Shown: positions 27,729 to 40,820 of the stretch, in pieces
Layout: every line of letters starts with the position of its first letter
How positions within the stretch are numbered: the stretch's first letter is position 1
Assembly: GCA_951406725.2 (NCBI GenBank)
Contig: OX597817.1
Coordinates: 68,510,001-68,574,000, forward strand
Length of the DNA stretch: 64,000 nucleotides
Direction: 5' to 3'
Origin: Octopus vulgaris
Lineage: Eukaryota
Notes under the pieces: model-generated
The model's database searches: none
Seen by the model: the letters and a program-made list of their open reading frames with translations, nothing else
What the model was told of the DNA's origin: nothing
Made by a program: the position numbers and the translations under genes

Positions 27729-27732
<4 letters not shown>
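27598..27732 (+). mobile_element. Short PLE pseudo-LTR remnant with a degenerate minimal hammerhead
   Basis: cuuu-CUGAAAA-caacuguaaacugu-GAAACCGGUU-gaag (27627-27666), lying between (AT)n tracts. Confidence 0.5.
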
Positions 27733-27767
<35 letters not shown>

Positions 27768-27771
<4 letters not shown>

Positions 27772-28146
27772 ATGTAGGATAACATTTTTTCGAAAAAAAA
27801 TTTTATCAATGGCCAGCATATTAAAAAATAACTTTAAAGGTTAAAATCATAAACAACTTATAAATAAGGGCAAGCGAAAAAAGTTCTAATGCCAAATATG
27901 CCGAAAATTGGACATATTGTCCATTATCATATAATTTATCACAATACGCACGCTACTCGAAAGAAAGCCGACAGAAATTTCTAAAAAATTCCATTATTAC
28001 CATATCGGACCGATTTCAGGGTTAGTTCGTAAGAACCCTCCCTTCGTCAGTGATAAACGTGATAAATTATATGATATTGGACAATATGTCCAATTTTCGC
28101 CATATTTGGCATTAGAAATTTTTTCGTTTGCCCTTATTTGTGAGTT
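27768..28146 (-). mobile_element. Penelope-like pseudo-LTR with inverted partial copy (same family as 16333-17012)
   Basis: 28059-28146 is the reverse complement of 27855-27942, with a hammerhead at the inversion junction. Confidence 0.7.
27994..28057 (-). ncRNA. Type I hammerhead ribozyme, intact core
   Basis: uuuauca-CUGACGA-aggg..guuc uuac gaac..cccu-GAAA-ucgguccg-AUA|ugguaa. All three stems pair. Predicted cut between 28003 and 28002. Confidence 0.8.
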
Positions 28147-28622
28147 ATCCTTGTTAACTCTTCTGGACATCTTTTTCACATTCGTTGTGAAACAGATCTG
28201 AGTGTTTGGAACTTTGTGATTCTATATAGCGGATTTGGGTGTGTTTGGAATGTGGTTGGGGTTTGTTAATCAGTGTTGAAGTGAAAGAGTTGATGAATAA
28301 GAACTGAAAGAAAATGGTGAATGGTCAAAACAGGATACTTGATTGAGGGTGGGGTTAGGAGATTGTGGGGTGTTAAAGGAGTGTATTATGAAGCCATAGT
28401 TGAGCTTTGTTGAGAAATATAACGGCCAGATGCTTTTCCAGATTCTTTCTTTTAGTAATTTTCTATGTTTTAGTTGTGAGTCTAGGGAGGTGGGGCTAAT
28501 GAGGTGTAAGATACATGCCTTTTGATTAAAATCTTTGATAGAAATGTTTTTATATATTGGTTTAGGAGGGGAGGTGGGGTAGATCATGATAAATCACATA
28601 TTTACACCCCTCTCTGTCTCTG

Positions 28623-28709
<87 letters not shown>

Positions 28710-28772
28710 GTACACACACATACATATACATATATATATGTATATATACACAAACATGTAAACACACATACA

Positions 28773-28814
<42 letters not shown>

Positions 28815-28904
28815 CACGTATATCTATCTACACACACACATACATATAAATATATATACATACACATGCATGCATATACTCATACATACACACATTTAAA
28901 TGCG

Positions 28905-28935
<31 letters not shown>

Positions 28936-28938
28936 TGC

Positions 28939-28986
<48 letters not shown>

Positions 28987-29285
28987 CGAAGAGAGAGAGA
29001 GAGTGAAAGAGAGAGACGAAGAGAGAGAGAGGAAGAGAGAGAGAAAGAAAGAGGAAGATACAGTTGTCTGTGAATTCATAAGCCAGAAACGCGCGCATAC
29101 ACACACATGCACACACATACATATACACCGCAGGAAAAATATGTCTGAAGGTATGGACATATTTTCACGTCCATGAAACTTATGTATCACGAAGAACAAA
29201 TTCGACGTGTTAGTACTAAATACAACCTCAGCTACGTGTTGGATGCTACTTTCGTGCTTTTGTCCTCTCGCTAGTGAATGTATAC

Positions 29286-29364
<79 letters not shown>

Positions 29365-29862
29365 TTATATATGTGCGTTTCCATGTATGCGTACTCGCAC
29401 ACACGCGCGCAAACGCACAAACACACACACACTCATACATACATTGAAGACAATTTGATTTACTGGAACTCCAATAGATGACTATTTCAACATGAATGCT
29501 GCTGGTATAGCACCTCAGCAGCTCATCGGTAATACAGAAATATTAATGCAGTCAAATATTGATTGATGTAATTATCACACTCTTCTTAGATGAAACGTTT
29601 TTTTTCAAATACTTAACTATATTTTCAGTCTCCCCTTCTCTATCTCTCTAGTACTATGTGTGCGTGTATGCGTGCGTGTGTACGTATGCAAGTTTCTCTC
29701 TGTGTATTGATGCACGTATGAAGTATGTCGTTATTCAGTTTATTTCAAGATGTCTTGCCAATAGAGAAAGAACCGGTTTCTAACCTAGATCCAAGGCTCC
29801 CTCATTGGAATTGCAGCATCGGCAACAGGGTATTTTTGTTTGTATGTATGTATTCTCATAGG

Positions 29863-32022
29863 CGGGTTTAGATGGTCTGTTCTACGAGCTTTGCAATCGG
29901 ATGCCAGACTTGTTTGGAGACGTCTTGGCAGCAGTGTACTGCAACTAGCAGCAAAATGGGAACACTCCTGGTTTTGTGAGCCGATGAGCTGTGACGCTGC
30001 TGAAGAAAGATCCAAAAAAGGGGGACGTAATAGATAACTGTAGGCCCATTACTCTGCTCAATGCAGATTTGAAAATTTTGGCCAAGGTGTTAGCCAAGAG
30101 GTTGGTGCTTGTCATCGAGAAACTGATCGACAAGGCGCAAACGTGCACCGTGCCGGGCTGGGACATCCATGACAACCTCCATCTGATGCGCTACATTATA
30201 GACAGGGTAGTTAAGAAACCTGGCATTGGTGAGGCTCTGATCAATTTGGATCAATCCAAAGCTTTAGATAGGGCAGACCATCGATACTTGGAGGCTGTTT
30301 TCATAGCAGCCCGTTATCCGCGGCTGGATAGCTGCCTTGTACAGAGGCATCCGTTTGGACCTTTCGACATTGCTGGTGACGCTGAGGGGAATCCCACGAG
30401 AAATGGGGGGGGGGGCGTATGCGCATGCGAGGATTACGTCATCGTCATAGTGTCTAGCCATGAGTACATCGAGCTCGTCGGCGGAACACTGAAAGACTAC
30501 GAAGCGGTAACGGGAGCAAAAATCAACCGGGGAAAAGGCTTGCGGCTCGGCACCTGAAGAAGAAAACCCATGCCGTCCACCAGCGCCTCTGTCGTGGGAC
30601 GCTGGACCGACAATCCGGTCAAGTTGCTCGGGGTCTGGTTTGGTCCGGACCTCCAAACGGAGAACTGGGACAAGATAACGAGTAGGGTGGCCACGCTCTC
30701 TCGTCAATGGGCCGAGAACATCCCCTTCCGCTTCTTGTGGAAAGGAAGCATTCCGATGGTCAGGCGATCCGTTTGCTGCCAACACCCGCTAAAAGGAGGG
30801 ATGGGCATGCCGTGGTTGATAATGTGCAAACATGTGCAGAGGCTGCGACATCTCCGGTTCTATGTAGACGATGGTGGACAAGTGTGGTCGCCGTTTGGGT
30901 GGTGCGCTTTCCCGCAGCTCATCTCCATGACCGAGCTGCAGTTGTGGGTCAAGAAGAGGCCGAGGAAGGGCCAATAGTATCGTGAGTGTCGCGTTGCTCT
31001 CGAACAACTATGCCGTCCACGTCGATCTTGAGCGACTGCATCACAACCAAAGCATTCTATAGGAGACTAGTGGAGGGGAGATACGACGACGATCTCGGGG
31101 TGAACCTGGGCGTCGACGAGAAATACCTGACCCGCCTATTCAAGACGACTTTCGGACCGGGACCTATGGACAACTTCCAGAGATCCCTGGCCTGGCAGTG
31201 CTATCGAGAAGCGCTACCCGTTCAGGATAAGCTCTACAGACACGGCTCGAGAAACACGAGGCCGACCTGCTCGAGATGCGGTCAGAGTGACGAAACCATT
31301 CTGCACGCACTCGTGCAGTGTCCAACCATTTCCGACCTGTGGGCTTATGTCGAACGACTGCTGTCACGTGTGGGACGAATCGGTTTATCAGCCGAGTCTA
31401 TCGTCATTATTATCGTGCCTTCTTCCTTCAAACGGGAAAGAAGAGCCATTTTCATCGCACTTGTAGCTATGGCGAAATAATGTGTGTGGTGGACGCGTAT
31501 GAAAGGACTAGAGACAAACACTTTCCTCTCTGGTCAATTTTTCATCAACTTCTTCAAGTATCATTTGAAAAAGAAGGTGATAGTAGAGAGGGAAGTTTTG
31601 TCTAGCGAATGCTTCAACAAAAGATGGGTGAATGTAGCAAGGATGGCACGTGGGAATGACGGAACCATATTGAGCATAATCCTATGAACCAGAAAAAAAA
31701 AACAAAGGAAAAAAGAGTTACCTACTCGTAAATGTGTTATTGTGTGACATTATTGCCCAAGGTTACCGTGGTCTTTTCGTAGGTTTTTTCTTTCCACGGA
31801 CAAGCCTCCCTACTTTTCGGAACTTCTTGTGCTAATTCAACTTTTGTATATCCCAAAGATTTCGATCCCTTTTGATCGTTGTCCCTATTCTTATTTTTTA
31901 TTTGTTTTTTGTTTGATTTCGCCCACTTCGAAAAGAAAAAAAAACTCTATATTGTATTGTCCCCTCTATGTTCAGCCCTATGTTCGAACGTGCGTGCCTC
32001 AAGCATATTCGGGCTGATAATA
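29863..32022 (+). mobile_element. Tx1/L1-clade LINE ORF2 pseudogene, 5'-truncated and internally deleted, with 3' UTR
   Basis: GLDGL...TLLKKDPKKG..NCRPITLLNADLKILAKVLAKRL; LDQSKALDR (RT); a degenerate YADD region; FLWKG; GGMG; CSRC..ETILHALVQC zinc knuckle. Contains stops and frameshifts. Confidence 0.85.
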
Positions 32023-32579
32023 ACATTGCAATTTTACTTATCACTGCTTAGCGCTCCCCCTCTGTAATCTATCTATCTGTTTATTATGCCTGTATATAAT
32101 ACATACGCACGCATACACATCATGCATAATCATATTACATACGCATTAAATATATAATTTATTGATATAACTTTTAGGCACTCAAATATGGGAGAACGGT
32201 CCCTTGTAGCTGAAACAGCTGTAAGCTAATTGAATTCATTCTTTTGCTATTCATTTATTAATAAATATTACACTAGGTTTTTGACCCGCTGGTTCATATA
32301 AGAATCCAGAACAGAGATGTCAGACAGTTCACACCTCCTCACTGCCGGATCTTATTAATACTGTTCAGTATAAGTATATTGATTTCTAACAACTGGTTAT
32401 TGCTACCGCTATGGCAAAGCGGAATTATGAAACACATTAAATATATATGTACGTTTAGACGCGCACACACGCACACATGCACGCACACGCAAATACTCGC
32501 ACACACACACAGACATACACATGAATATACACAGTATATTGTATACACGCATATATATACGTATAAATACCAAATTATA

Positions 32580-32618
<39 letters not shown>

Positions 32619-32635
32619 AAATATATACATACATA

Positions 32636-32804
32636 GGCGCAGGCGTCTCCGTGTTGTCAGAAGCCAGCTTCTGAACGACACGGTTTGGAGTTCAGTCTCA
32701 CTGCGTGACACCTTGGACAAGTGTTTTCTACTATAGCCTTGGGTAGACGAAAGCCTCGTTAATGGATATGGTAGACGGAAAATGAAAGAGGTTTGTCGTG
32801 TATG

Positions 32805-32805
<1 letters not shown>
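32636..32805 (+). mobile_element. SINE A head followed by expanded (AT)n
   Basis: ggcgcagg...ccttggacaagtg...ggtagacggaaa. Confidence 0.75.
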
Positions 32806-32900
<95 letters not shown>

Positions 32901-32911
32901 CACATATATAT

Positions 32912-33406
32912 TAAAATGTCTAAATCTCTCTAAAGGAGACTACGGCAGAGGTACTGGATATTAATAGTTATCGTCAAGCTAATATGGCAGTCCATATTGA
33001 AAACCAGTGGATGTATTCCACTAAATTTAGGCAAATAATCCTTCGAACAGACGGTTAGTCACGACGCCTGCTGGGCGTGTGCTCTCCATTGATAAGGAGC
33101 AAATACCCTGAAACTAGTCTCCAGATGCCTGACCAGCAAGGGGAAGCGGCTGACCTCCCTTGTTCGATGGTTATAATGAATACAGGTTCGTGTGTCACAT
33201 ACCTAGCTAGAGGCGATGGCCTCTTGGAGCTAATCAACCGCAGTATTCGTCCTATATTTCTGGACTGCCATATTAGCTTGGCGATAACTATTAATATCCA
33301 GTACCGCTGCCATATTTTCCTTTAGAGGGACTAAGAAATTTTTATATTTCTATTTTTGAAAACCAGTGGATGTATTCCACTGAATTTAGGTAGGTAAATA
33401 ATCCTT
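32912..33406 (+). mobile_element. Penelope-like fold-back/partial-tandem element
   Basis: IR 32912-32994 / 33261-33344; direct repeat 32997-33043 / 33356-33406; hammerhead-like UUGAUAA (33089) ... GAAACUAGUC (33110-33119). Confidence 0.65.
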
Positions 33407-34510
33407 ATAACATCCATTGGAAATCACCATAAAAATAGTTATATCAATTGGCTCTACCTAAGAAGAGATAAAGGAGGTAGGTGCTTGATATTAGTACAAA
33501 CAGTTTTCGAATGTCACATAGTCTCTCTCAGACAGCACTTGCTAAACAATAGCAAAAATAAACATTTCAATTTAGTGCCGAAGAGTGAAGAAAACAATAT
33601 CTTATCCGTTTGAAGTGAGATCCTTAAGAAGTACTCTCTTCCTGATGATCTCCCATACAACCCTAAATCAGCCGGAGTAGTATCCCTCAAAGAAGACCTA
33701 AAGGTGAAACGCTCAGCATACAAAAAAACCCTCCAAATCCTGCATGGCTATGTTTCTCGTAGACTTGCAGAAGATAGTAACATTGACATGGATCGAAACT
33801 TCTCCTGGACTCGTGGCCGCTAAATCACATCACACTTCGAAGACTATGCATTTGCAATCCAATGAGATTGCTACAAAATAACTAATCAACAAAAGAGACA
33901 ATAAAGTTCTTAGTGTTCCAAGATGCAACCTTAAATGTAGATTTTGTCATATTTTTGTGAAAGATATCACACGTGTGATTAGCAGCTGCCCAAGAAGTGT
34001 CATCAAGGAACTACTTCCCTATGCGATACTACGTTGTCACAAAAACAGTATAACAAAAATACCAGTACAACGACTACTGGTGGAACATAACCATCAAAAT
34101 ATCTGTTAAGCGTAAGCAAAAAAGGCTAGATATTGTTGTTTGGGACAGACAAGTATTTAACGTCATAGAGGTCAGCTGTCCTACTGATGGAAATATCTCT
34201 TTGAAAATCAAAGAGAAAGAAGGTAACTATGGATGACCGCTTCGAATGCTCCAGTTCTATATAAGGATTACAAATTTACATTTATACCAATAATAATTTG
34301 AACATTTGGTTTTGTAAGCTTGGATTTTCAGAAAAAGGAATCAAGCAACTGATTCGCACATTACAAATTCAGCCTTTAAGCAGAACAGTAAAACTATGCA
34401 AAACCTTTCCCAGGTTTAAAATGTGACATTGTTTTCACTATCTACCATTGAAAGATGGAGCTTTGTATCTTTGTTAGAAATCAGCTCCTTCTTCCGAGGA
34501 AGAATTTAAA
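33407..34510 (+). mobile_element. R4-clade RLE LINE 3' half, degenerate
   Basis: WLYLRRDKGGRCL, LHGYV, ITSHFEDYAFAIQ, a CxxC knuckle remnant, YWWN and DIVVWD. 3' UTR homologous to that of 44820-45872. Confidence 0.8.
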
Positions 34511-34554
34511 TGATTAAACACACAAGACATACATTCACGCCTACATACACACAT

Positions 34555-35190
34555 ACAGGGCAAGTGCAGCAGGACAGAGGACAGGGTGACCCACACTACA
34601 CGCTTCCTAGATATATTGGAAACCAACGGGTACTCTATATCCATTGTAAATCGGCTTAAGTACCCAAGACGACCAACACGCTGAACGCATAGAAAACCCA
34701 GCAACACATGCTTCCTTAAAATACCCCAATTTTAGCGAGGGGATAACTACAGCCATCCGAAGAGCAATAACAAGAGAAGGGCTAGACATACAACTAGCCA
34801 ACTCCGGCCCCTCTCTGCGAAGACACCTCGCAAAGAAACCAACAAGGGGCAACAATCAATGCGAACTAACAAACTGTCCCACCCATGATACAGATTTATG
34901 CCAACAGGTAAATGTTGTGTATAGAATACAATGTAATAAATGCAACAAGTTCTATGTGGGTAGCTCAACAAGACCGTTACACGTCTGCATCAAAGAACAT
35001 CTGAACACGAGTGCCCCCTCCTTCAGAAAACATCTAGACAGATGCCAGAACATCGACGAAAGCATAACAGTCACAATTGAGGCCAATGAAAGAAATTTGG
35101 ATAATTTTAGAATTAAGGAAGCTATTCTCATACAGACTAGGGCCCCAAATTAACAACAGGCTGGAGTTTGGTAATCAATATATTATTTAG
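34555..35190 (+). pseudogene. Penelope-like element: RT C-terminus, Cys-rich linker and GIY-YIG endonuclease
   Basis: FLDILETNGYS...CELTNCPTHDTDLC-QQVNVVYRIQCNKCNKFYVGSSTRPLHVCIKEH...IKEAILI. Contains stops and frameshifts. Confidence 0.85.
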
Positions 35191-35763
35191 CTACATCTGG
35201 ATGCATGTAAGTTCATTTTTGATAACATGCTCATGTATTGTTTATAAAAAAAAAAAAAAAAAAAAAAAAAAGAAAAAGGAGAGAACGGGGGGAAATGGAA
35301 GCTGCACGTATAACTCATAAATTAGAAGCAACGCTACGGATGTGCTAGCCCACACGAGATTGAGAAATGGCGGACCTCATGCAATTCTCATCAGGAATTC
35401 CGGAAGGAGCATCGTGAGACCACTGCAGAGATGCTTCCGAAAAAAAAAAAGAAAAGCCGTTGGAAAAACGATTATAGCAGCGACTCCATTAGTTCTTTGG
35501 GATATCTGAAGAAGGAATTTTTATTCCGAAATAGCATATCAGAATATGGATGATTCAATCACAACAGTTGTTATAGTCCATTGCTTGTATTATAGTGCAT
35601 TGTTGTGTCATTAAAAACATTTTGTTCATTATAAACAATACACAATGCTTCAAGCGAGCTACAATACTCTCCTATACATACTCATGTGCATACATGTATA
35701 CATGCATACATCCATGCATGCATACATCCATCGCTCCAACTATCCCTCCCTCCATCCATTCAT

Positions 35764-35794
<31 letters not shown>

Positions 35795-36065
35795 CACACA
35801 CACATACACACACACACACACACACATGCATACGAGCGTAGATAAGAATGACTGAAATAAATATATATGTAAATGGCTCAGTGTTAGAGATAATTCTAAG
35901 AACGTAAACATATCTTTCTATAACTGGAAAAAATTGTATGTATGTATGTTTTTTATATGTATGTATACGTATGTATGTATGTATGTATGTATGTATGTAT
36001 GTATGTATGTATGTATGTATGTATGTATATATGCGTGTGCGTATATGTGTGTGTATGGATATATT

Positions 36066-36135
<70 letters not shown>

Positions 36136-36233
36136 AATATATATGTATAGATATGCATACATTTGCATACACACTCCGAATAACCATACCAATATAAATA
36201 TACAAACACAACATATATATATATATATATGTA

Positions 36234-36274
<41 letters not shown>

Positions 36275-36348
36275 ATATATATGTATACATATGCATACAT
36301 TTGTATACACACTCCAAATAACCATACCAATATAAATATACAAACACA

Positions 36349-36387
<39 letters not shown>

Positions 36388-36796
36388 TATGTATATATAT
36401 ACACATACATATATATAATATATACACACGTTACATATATAGTAACCTTACATATATGCTTGTGTCTACATCATTATAATCAGATTCCACAGAAGATTAA
36501 CACATATTCCCCATACACACATGCACATACACACACACACACACACACAAACAAACACACATATACACATACACATGTGCATGCATGCACATGCGTATGT
36601 TATCATTATTGCCTTTGTAATTGGTTATTGAAATTCACGTAAAATATAAAGTCATTGTAATAAACACCGTTACTATGATTTAAGTAATAAAAGTAATGTA
36701 AATATTGTGTTTGCAATAAAATATTGATGCCGTATCATGAAAAATATCACGAATAACGTCCTTTAATTTCAAAGGAGCGTTAAATATACATTAGGT

Positions 36797-36831
<35 letters not shown>

Positions 36832-36913
36832 TATATACACACATACATATGTATATATATATATATATATATACATATATACATATATATATATACACAT
36901 ATATATATATATT

Positions 36914-36958
<45 letters not shown>

Positions 36959-37122
36959 TTATATATATATGTATATATATATATATGTATGTATATATGT
37001 ACATACATATGAATATACACACACATATGCACATTTATACTTGGATATATATTTATATATGTATATACATATGCATATATATATACACACAAATATATAT
37101 GTTTATATGTGTGTCAGTATAT

Positions 37123-37219
<97 letters not shown>

Positions 37220-37652
37220 ATATATGTACAGGTGTATATTTATATGCCTTTACATTGAGATCATGTATAAACATCATAAACCATATCCGAGGTGTTTAAG
37301 AGCTCAATTATGAACACAATACGTTATTACAATGTAATAAAGATAGATGGAATTAAAAAAAACTGATATGTCTGTACATAATCTGCTAAAACGATAGTTG
37401 AGAGCAACCTGTTTAGAATATTAAGCAGGGGAAAACCATACATTAAACATATTATTAATAATTTAATTATTTCGGGAGCTATTTCAAAGGAATAAAGACA
37501 TCATTTATTTAATGTGTAATTAACATACATAATTATTTAATTACAATATAACAAGTTGCCCATCTTACCTGATGAAATGAGCAGTCCATCACATTTAAAT
37601 TTATTACGTATGCCAATTATGTAATTATATACATACATACATACACACACAC

Positions 37653-37720
<68 letters not shown>

Positions 37721-37732
37721 CATATATTTGTA

Positions 37733-37969
37733 TTAAAACCCGATTTTATTCGGGTCTACTCGGGCCACATTTTAAAGATGAAGAATTTTGCCCTAGAGGG
37801 CATGCCATTCAATTGAGCAAACTGAAAGTTGCCAGGAAAACTCCTCAGCACTTTTAACATAGGTGTGCAATTTTTCTGATCAATCCGACCACATTTACTA
37901 ACGCTTTTGCCTGCACAGCTGCTTGTGAGATAACCTCCGCCCTTTTCACAAAAATATAGTATATATATA

Positions 37970-38000
<31 letters not shown>

Positions 38001-39219
38001 ATGAAATCAAGAAAGAGAAGACAAGTTTCAAAGGTCAGTGTTCTTAATCACTCAATATATTTTAAAGCATCAAATAAAAAAGTTATCTACTGTCATGGGA
38101 AAAGTGTAACTGTAAAAATGCTGAATTATCGGAGTAATGGGCATTAAAAAAAGGATGTATAGAAATGTATAAATGAAGTCATTAAGGTTTAAGATTGAAA
38201 TCAAGAAAGTGCAATAATAATCTTTAGCAGTTCAAAACTGAGTAGTGAAATGCAGAATTAGATTGACCGATCGTGAGAATCAAATATTAATCGCTTTGCT
38301 AAAAACTGCAGGTGATATGGGTTATTTCCCTTGGGTTGCTTTAATAAAATATTGGTAATATGTAGTAGATAGAAGGATCCATTGGAGGGTCCCTATTATC
38401 GATATTTTCAATAATCTAAGTATGTCACGAGGTTTCTAGACATGAGTTCTAGTTGACTGTCAATAAAGTATAAAAGTGATATTGTCTGCAAAAATTAGAA
38501 ATTGGGCACACAAAAAATTATTATTCAAAATAATCGAACATGAACAATGAAACCTGTAAAATATTTCTAAATTCAATGGCTCAATTAGTTTCATGAAAAT
38601 GTAGTATGAACTGTAAACAAGCAATAAATATTATGATTTGTAAAATAAGTATAAATGATACAGAATGTCCCAACTGAATGTGTTGCGGAAGTTTGATTCC
38701 ATGTTTTAAGAATTTTAAGCAATCAAAGTATGAGTTCATTGTACTGGAAAACGCATATAAAATACGTTCTGGAATCAAACATTTATGTACTGTCATCGAA
38801 AAATTTTAACTGGAAAAATGCAGAGTTATGGACATTGAAAGTGTACATGCATCCAAAACTGTGAGTAGTGAAATACAGAATTAGGTTCGCTGACCGTGAG
38901 AATAAAATATTGATCGCTTCGCTAAAAACTAACAACTGTAAATGCAGGTGGTGTGGGTTGAGTGTTTAAAAAAATATTGTGCAGGTGGTATGGGTTATTT
39001 CCCATGGGTGTTTAAAAAATTAGTTATATGAGGGAGATATAAAGATCCGTCCCAGGGGCCGTATTATCGATTTTTTCAACAATTTAAGTATTCACAAGGT
39101 TCCCAGACATGAGTTCTACTCACATGTCAAATTTCATCAAAATCAATAAATCGATGTCAGAGGAGTTAGCTAAGAACACTACAAACAAACACACACCGAT
39201 TTTCCACGTATGTAGAAGA
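37733..39219 (-). mobile_element. Possible non-autonomous Helitron-like element with internal duplication
   Basis: Minus strand starts A|TC at 39219, with (TTTG)n and a gattttgatgaaattt motif. Hairpin acccgattttattcgggt near 37738. Internal diverged repeat ~38236-38460 vs ~38856-39120. The terminal CTRR is not canonical. Confidence 0.4.
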
Positions 39220-39253
39220 TATATAAAAATATGTTCCTATATATATATATATA

Positions 39254-39390
39254 TAGTTCAATTTGAAGACTCCACTAGAGTGGACGAAAGCGCTAATATA
39301 TGATATATGATTTATAAAAACATGTAACATACTAATAAATATCTGTAAATATAAAACCATCCAGATTTCTGAGTACCTCATTTCTTCTAA
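39254..39390 (+). mobile_element. Solo pseudo-LTR of the 48010-48638 family, in (AT)n
   Basis: Clear homology to 48452-48602; hammerhead-like UUGAAGA...GAAAGCGCUA. Confidence 0.7.
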
Positions 39391-39412
39391 TATATATATA
39401 TATATATATATT

Positions 39413-39516
<104 letters not shown>

Positions 39517-40416
39517 CGTATGAAGATAGATTTGTGTAAGGTGGGTGCAGATTTTGTTTGTTTTTTCCTGACCGTCAATTACACTGACACTTACACACAC
39601 ACAAACAGTTACACACAGATACACACCACTCACACTCTTCCCCCCCCCCCCCATACACACATCACATACACATACACACACTTCCTAGTCTTCTTATGTA
39701 AATGTTTCCATTAGCTTGCATAACCAAAGATCTTTCCTGTTGTCTGCAACTGTTATCTATAGACCCGGAAAGATAGTCGGCAATATTTTCCAACACAGCT
39801 CTTACATAAATTCATATTGCAGTTATATACAAAATTTATATTTTGTTTATTGTCATTAATTCCGCGTAGAATACACTACAATAACAATAATGAGTAAATA
39901 GTTTTATTTATCGAGGTAGTGATACGCTAATCGTCAAAACTAAGATGAAATCTATATACTCTATTTTTATCAACAAAATATGCTCATGTGTGCCGTGTGA
40001 ATACTACTGTGCGATCACGCAGTCCAGTGATAAAAAAAAGGGCCAAGTAGATAGAACACAAAGTTGCTAAATAAAATGTTCTCTAATTGAATAAACCCTA
40101 ATAAGTCATCGTGCATCATCAGTTAACTTCATATGCAATGAACCAACGGGGTACTGTCTATGTTGTTGCTCGACCTATAATACATAGCAACCGTATTTCT
40201 GTTACATTAAAACCGACTATCTTAAAAGAGAAGGTCACATGAAATAGCGTAATGTCAGAAATATTGTATAAAGCCGTTGGAACGGCTTTGAGCATAGGGC
40301 TGCTGGACCTGAGCTGGCTTGGTGCTAAACATCAATGCCAACAAAATTTTACGTAGAATTTTCTAAAACAAAATTTAGTTAGATTTTATAGACATTAATA
40401 TTACATGTGAAGATAA

Positions 40417-40820
40417 GGCAGCGAACTGACAGAATCGTTAGCAAGCCGGACAAAATGCTTAACGGCATTTCATCTCTCTTTATGTTCTGAGTTCAAAATC
40501 CGCCGACGTCGACTTTGCCTTTCATCCTTTCGGGGTCGATAAAGTAAGTACCAGTTACGCACTGGGGTCGATGTCGTTGACTTAATCCGTTTGTCTGTCC
40601 TTGTTTGTCCTCTCTGTGTTTAGCCCCTTGTGGGTAGTAAAGAAATAGGTATTTCGTCTGCCGCTACGTTCTGAGTTCAAATTCTACCGCGGTCAACTCT
40701 GCCTTCCATCCTTTCGGGGTCGAAAAAATAAATACCAAGTGCGCACTGGGCTTGATGTAATACACTTTACTTCTTCTCCGAAATCGCTGGCGTTGTGCCA
40801 AAATTTGAAATCATTATTAC
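40417..40820 (+). mobile_element. SINE family B, two nested or tandem copies
   Basis: A complete copy 40417-40647 ending tagccccttgtgggtagtaaagaaata, followed by a second body. Confidence 0.85.

Noticed and set aside
28147-28587. 105-aa minus-strand ORF next to the PLE pseudo-LTR
   Set aside because: No RT or GIY-YIG motif identifiable; left unassigned.
32205-32228. GAAACAGCUGUA half-hammerhead (similar partial motifs near 17760-17805 and 17921-17940)
   Set aside because: The CUGANGA half is absent or mutated. These may be truncated PLE termini but are not supportable as ribozymes.
35350-35400. Minus-strand CUGAUGAG as a hammerhead
   Set aside because: No downstream GAAA or stem III.
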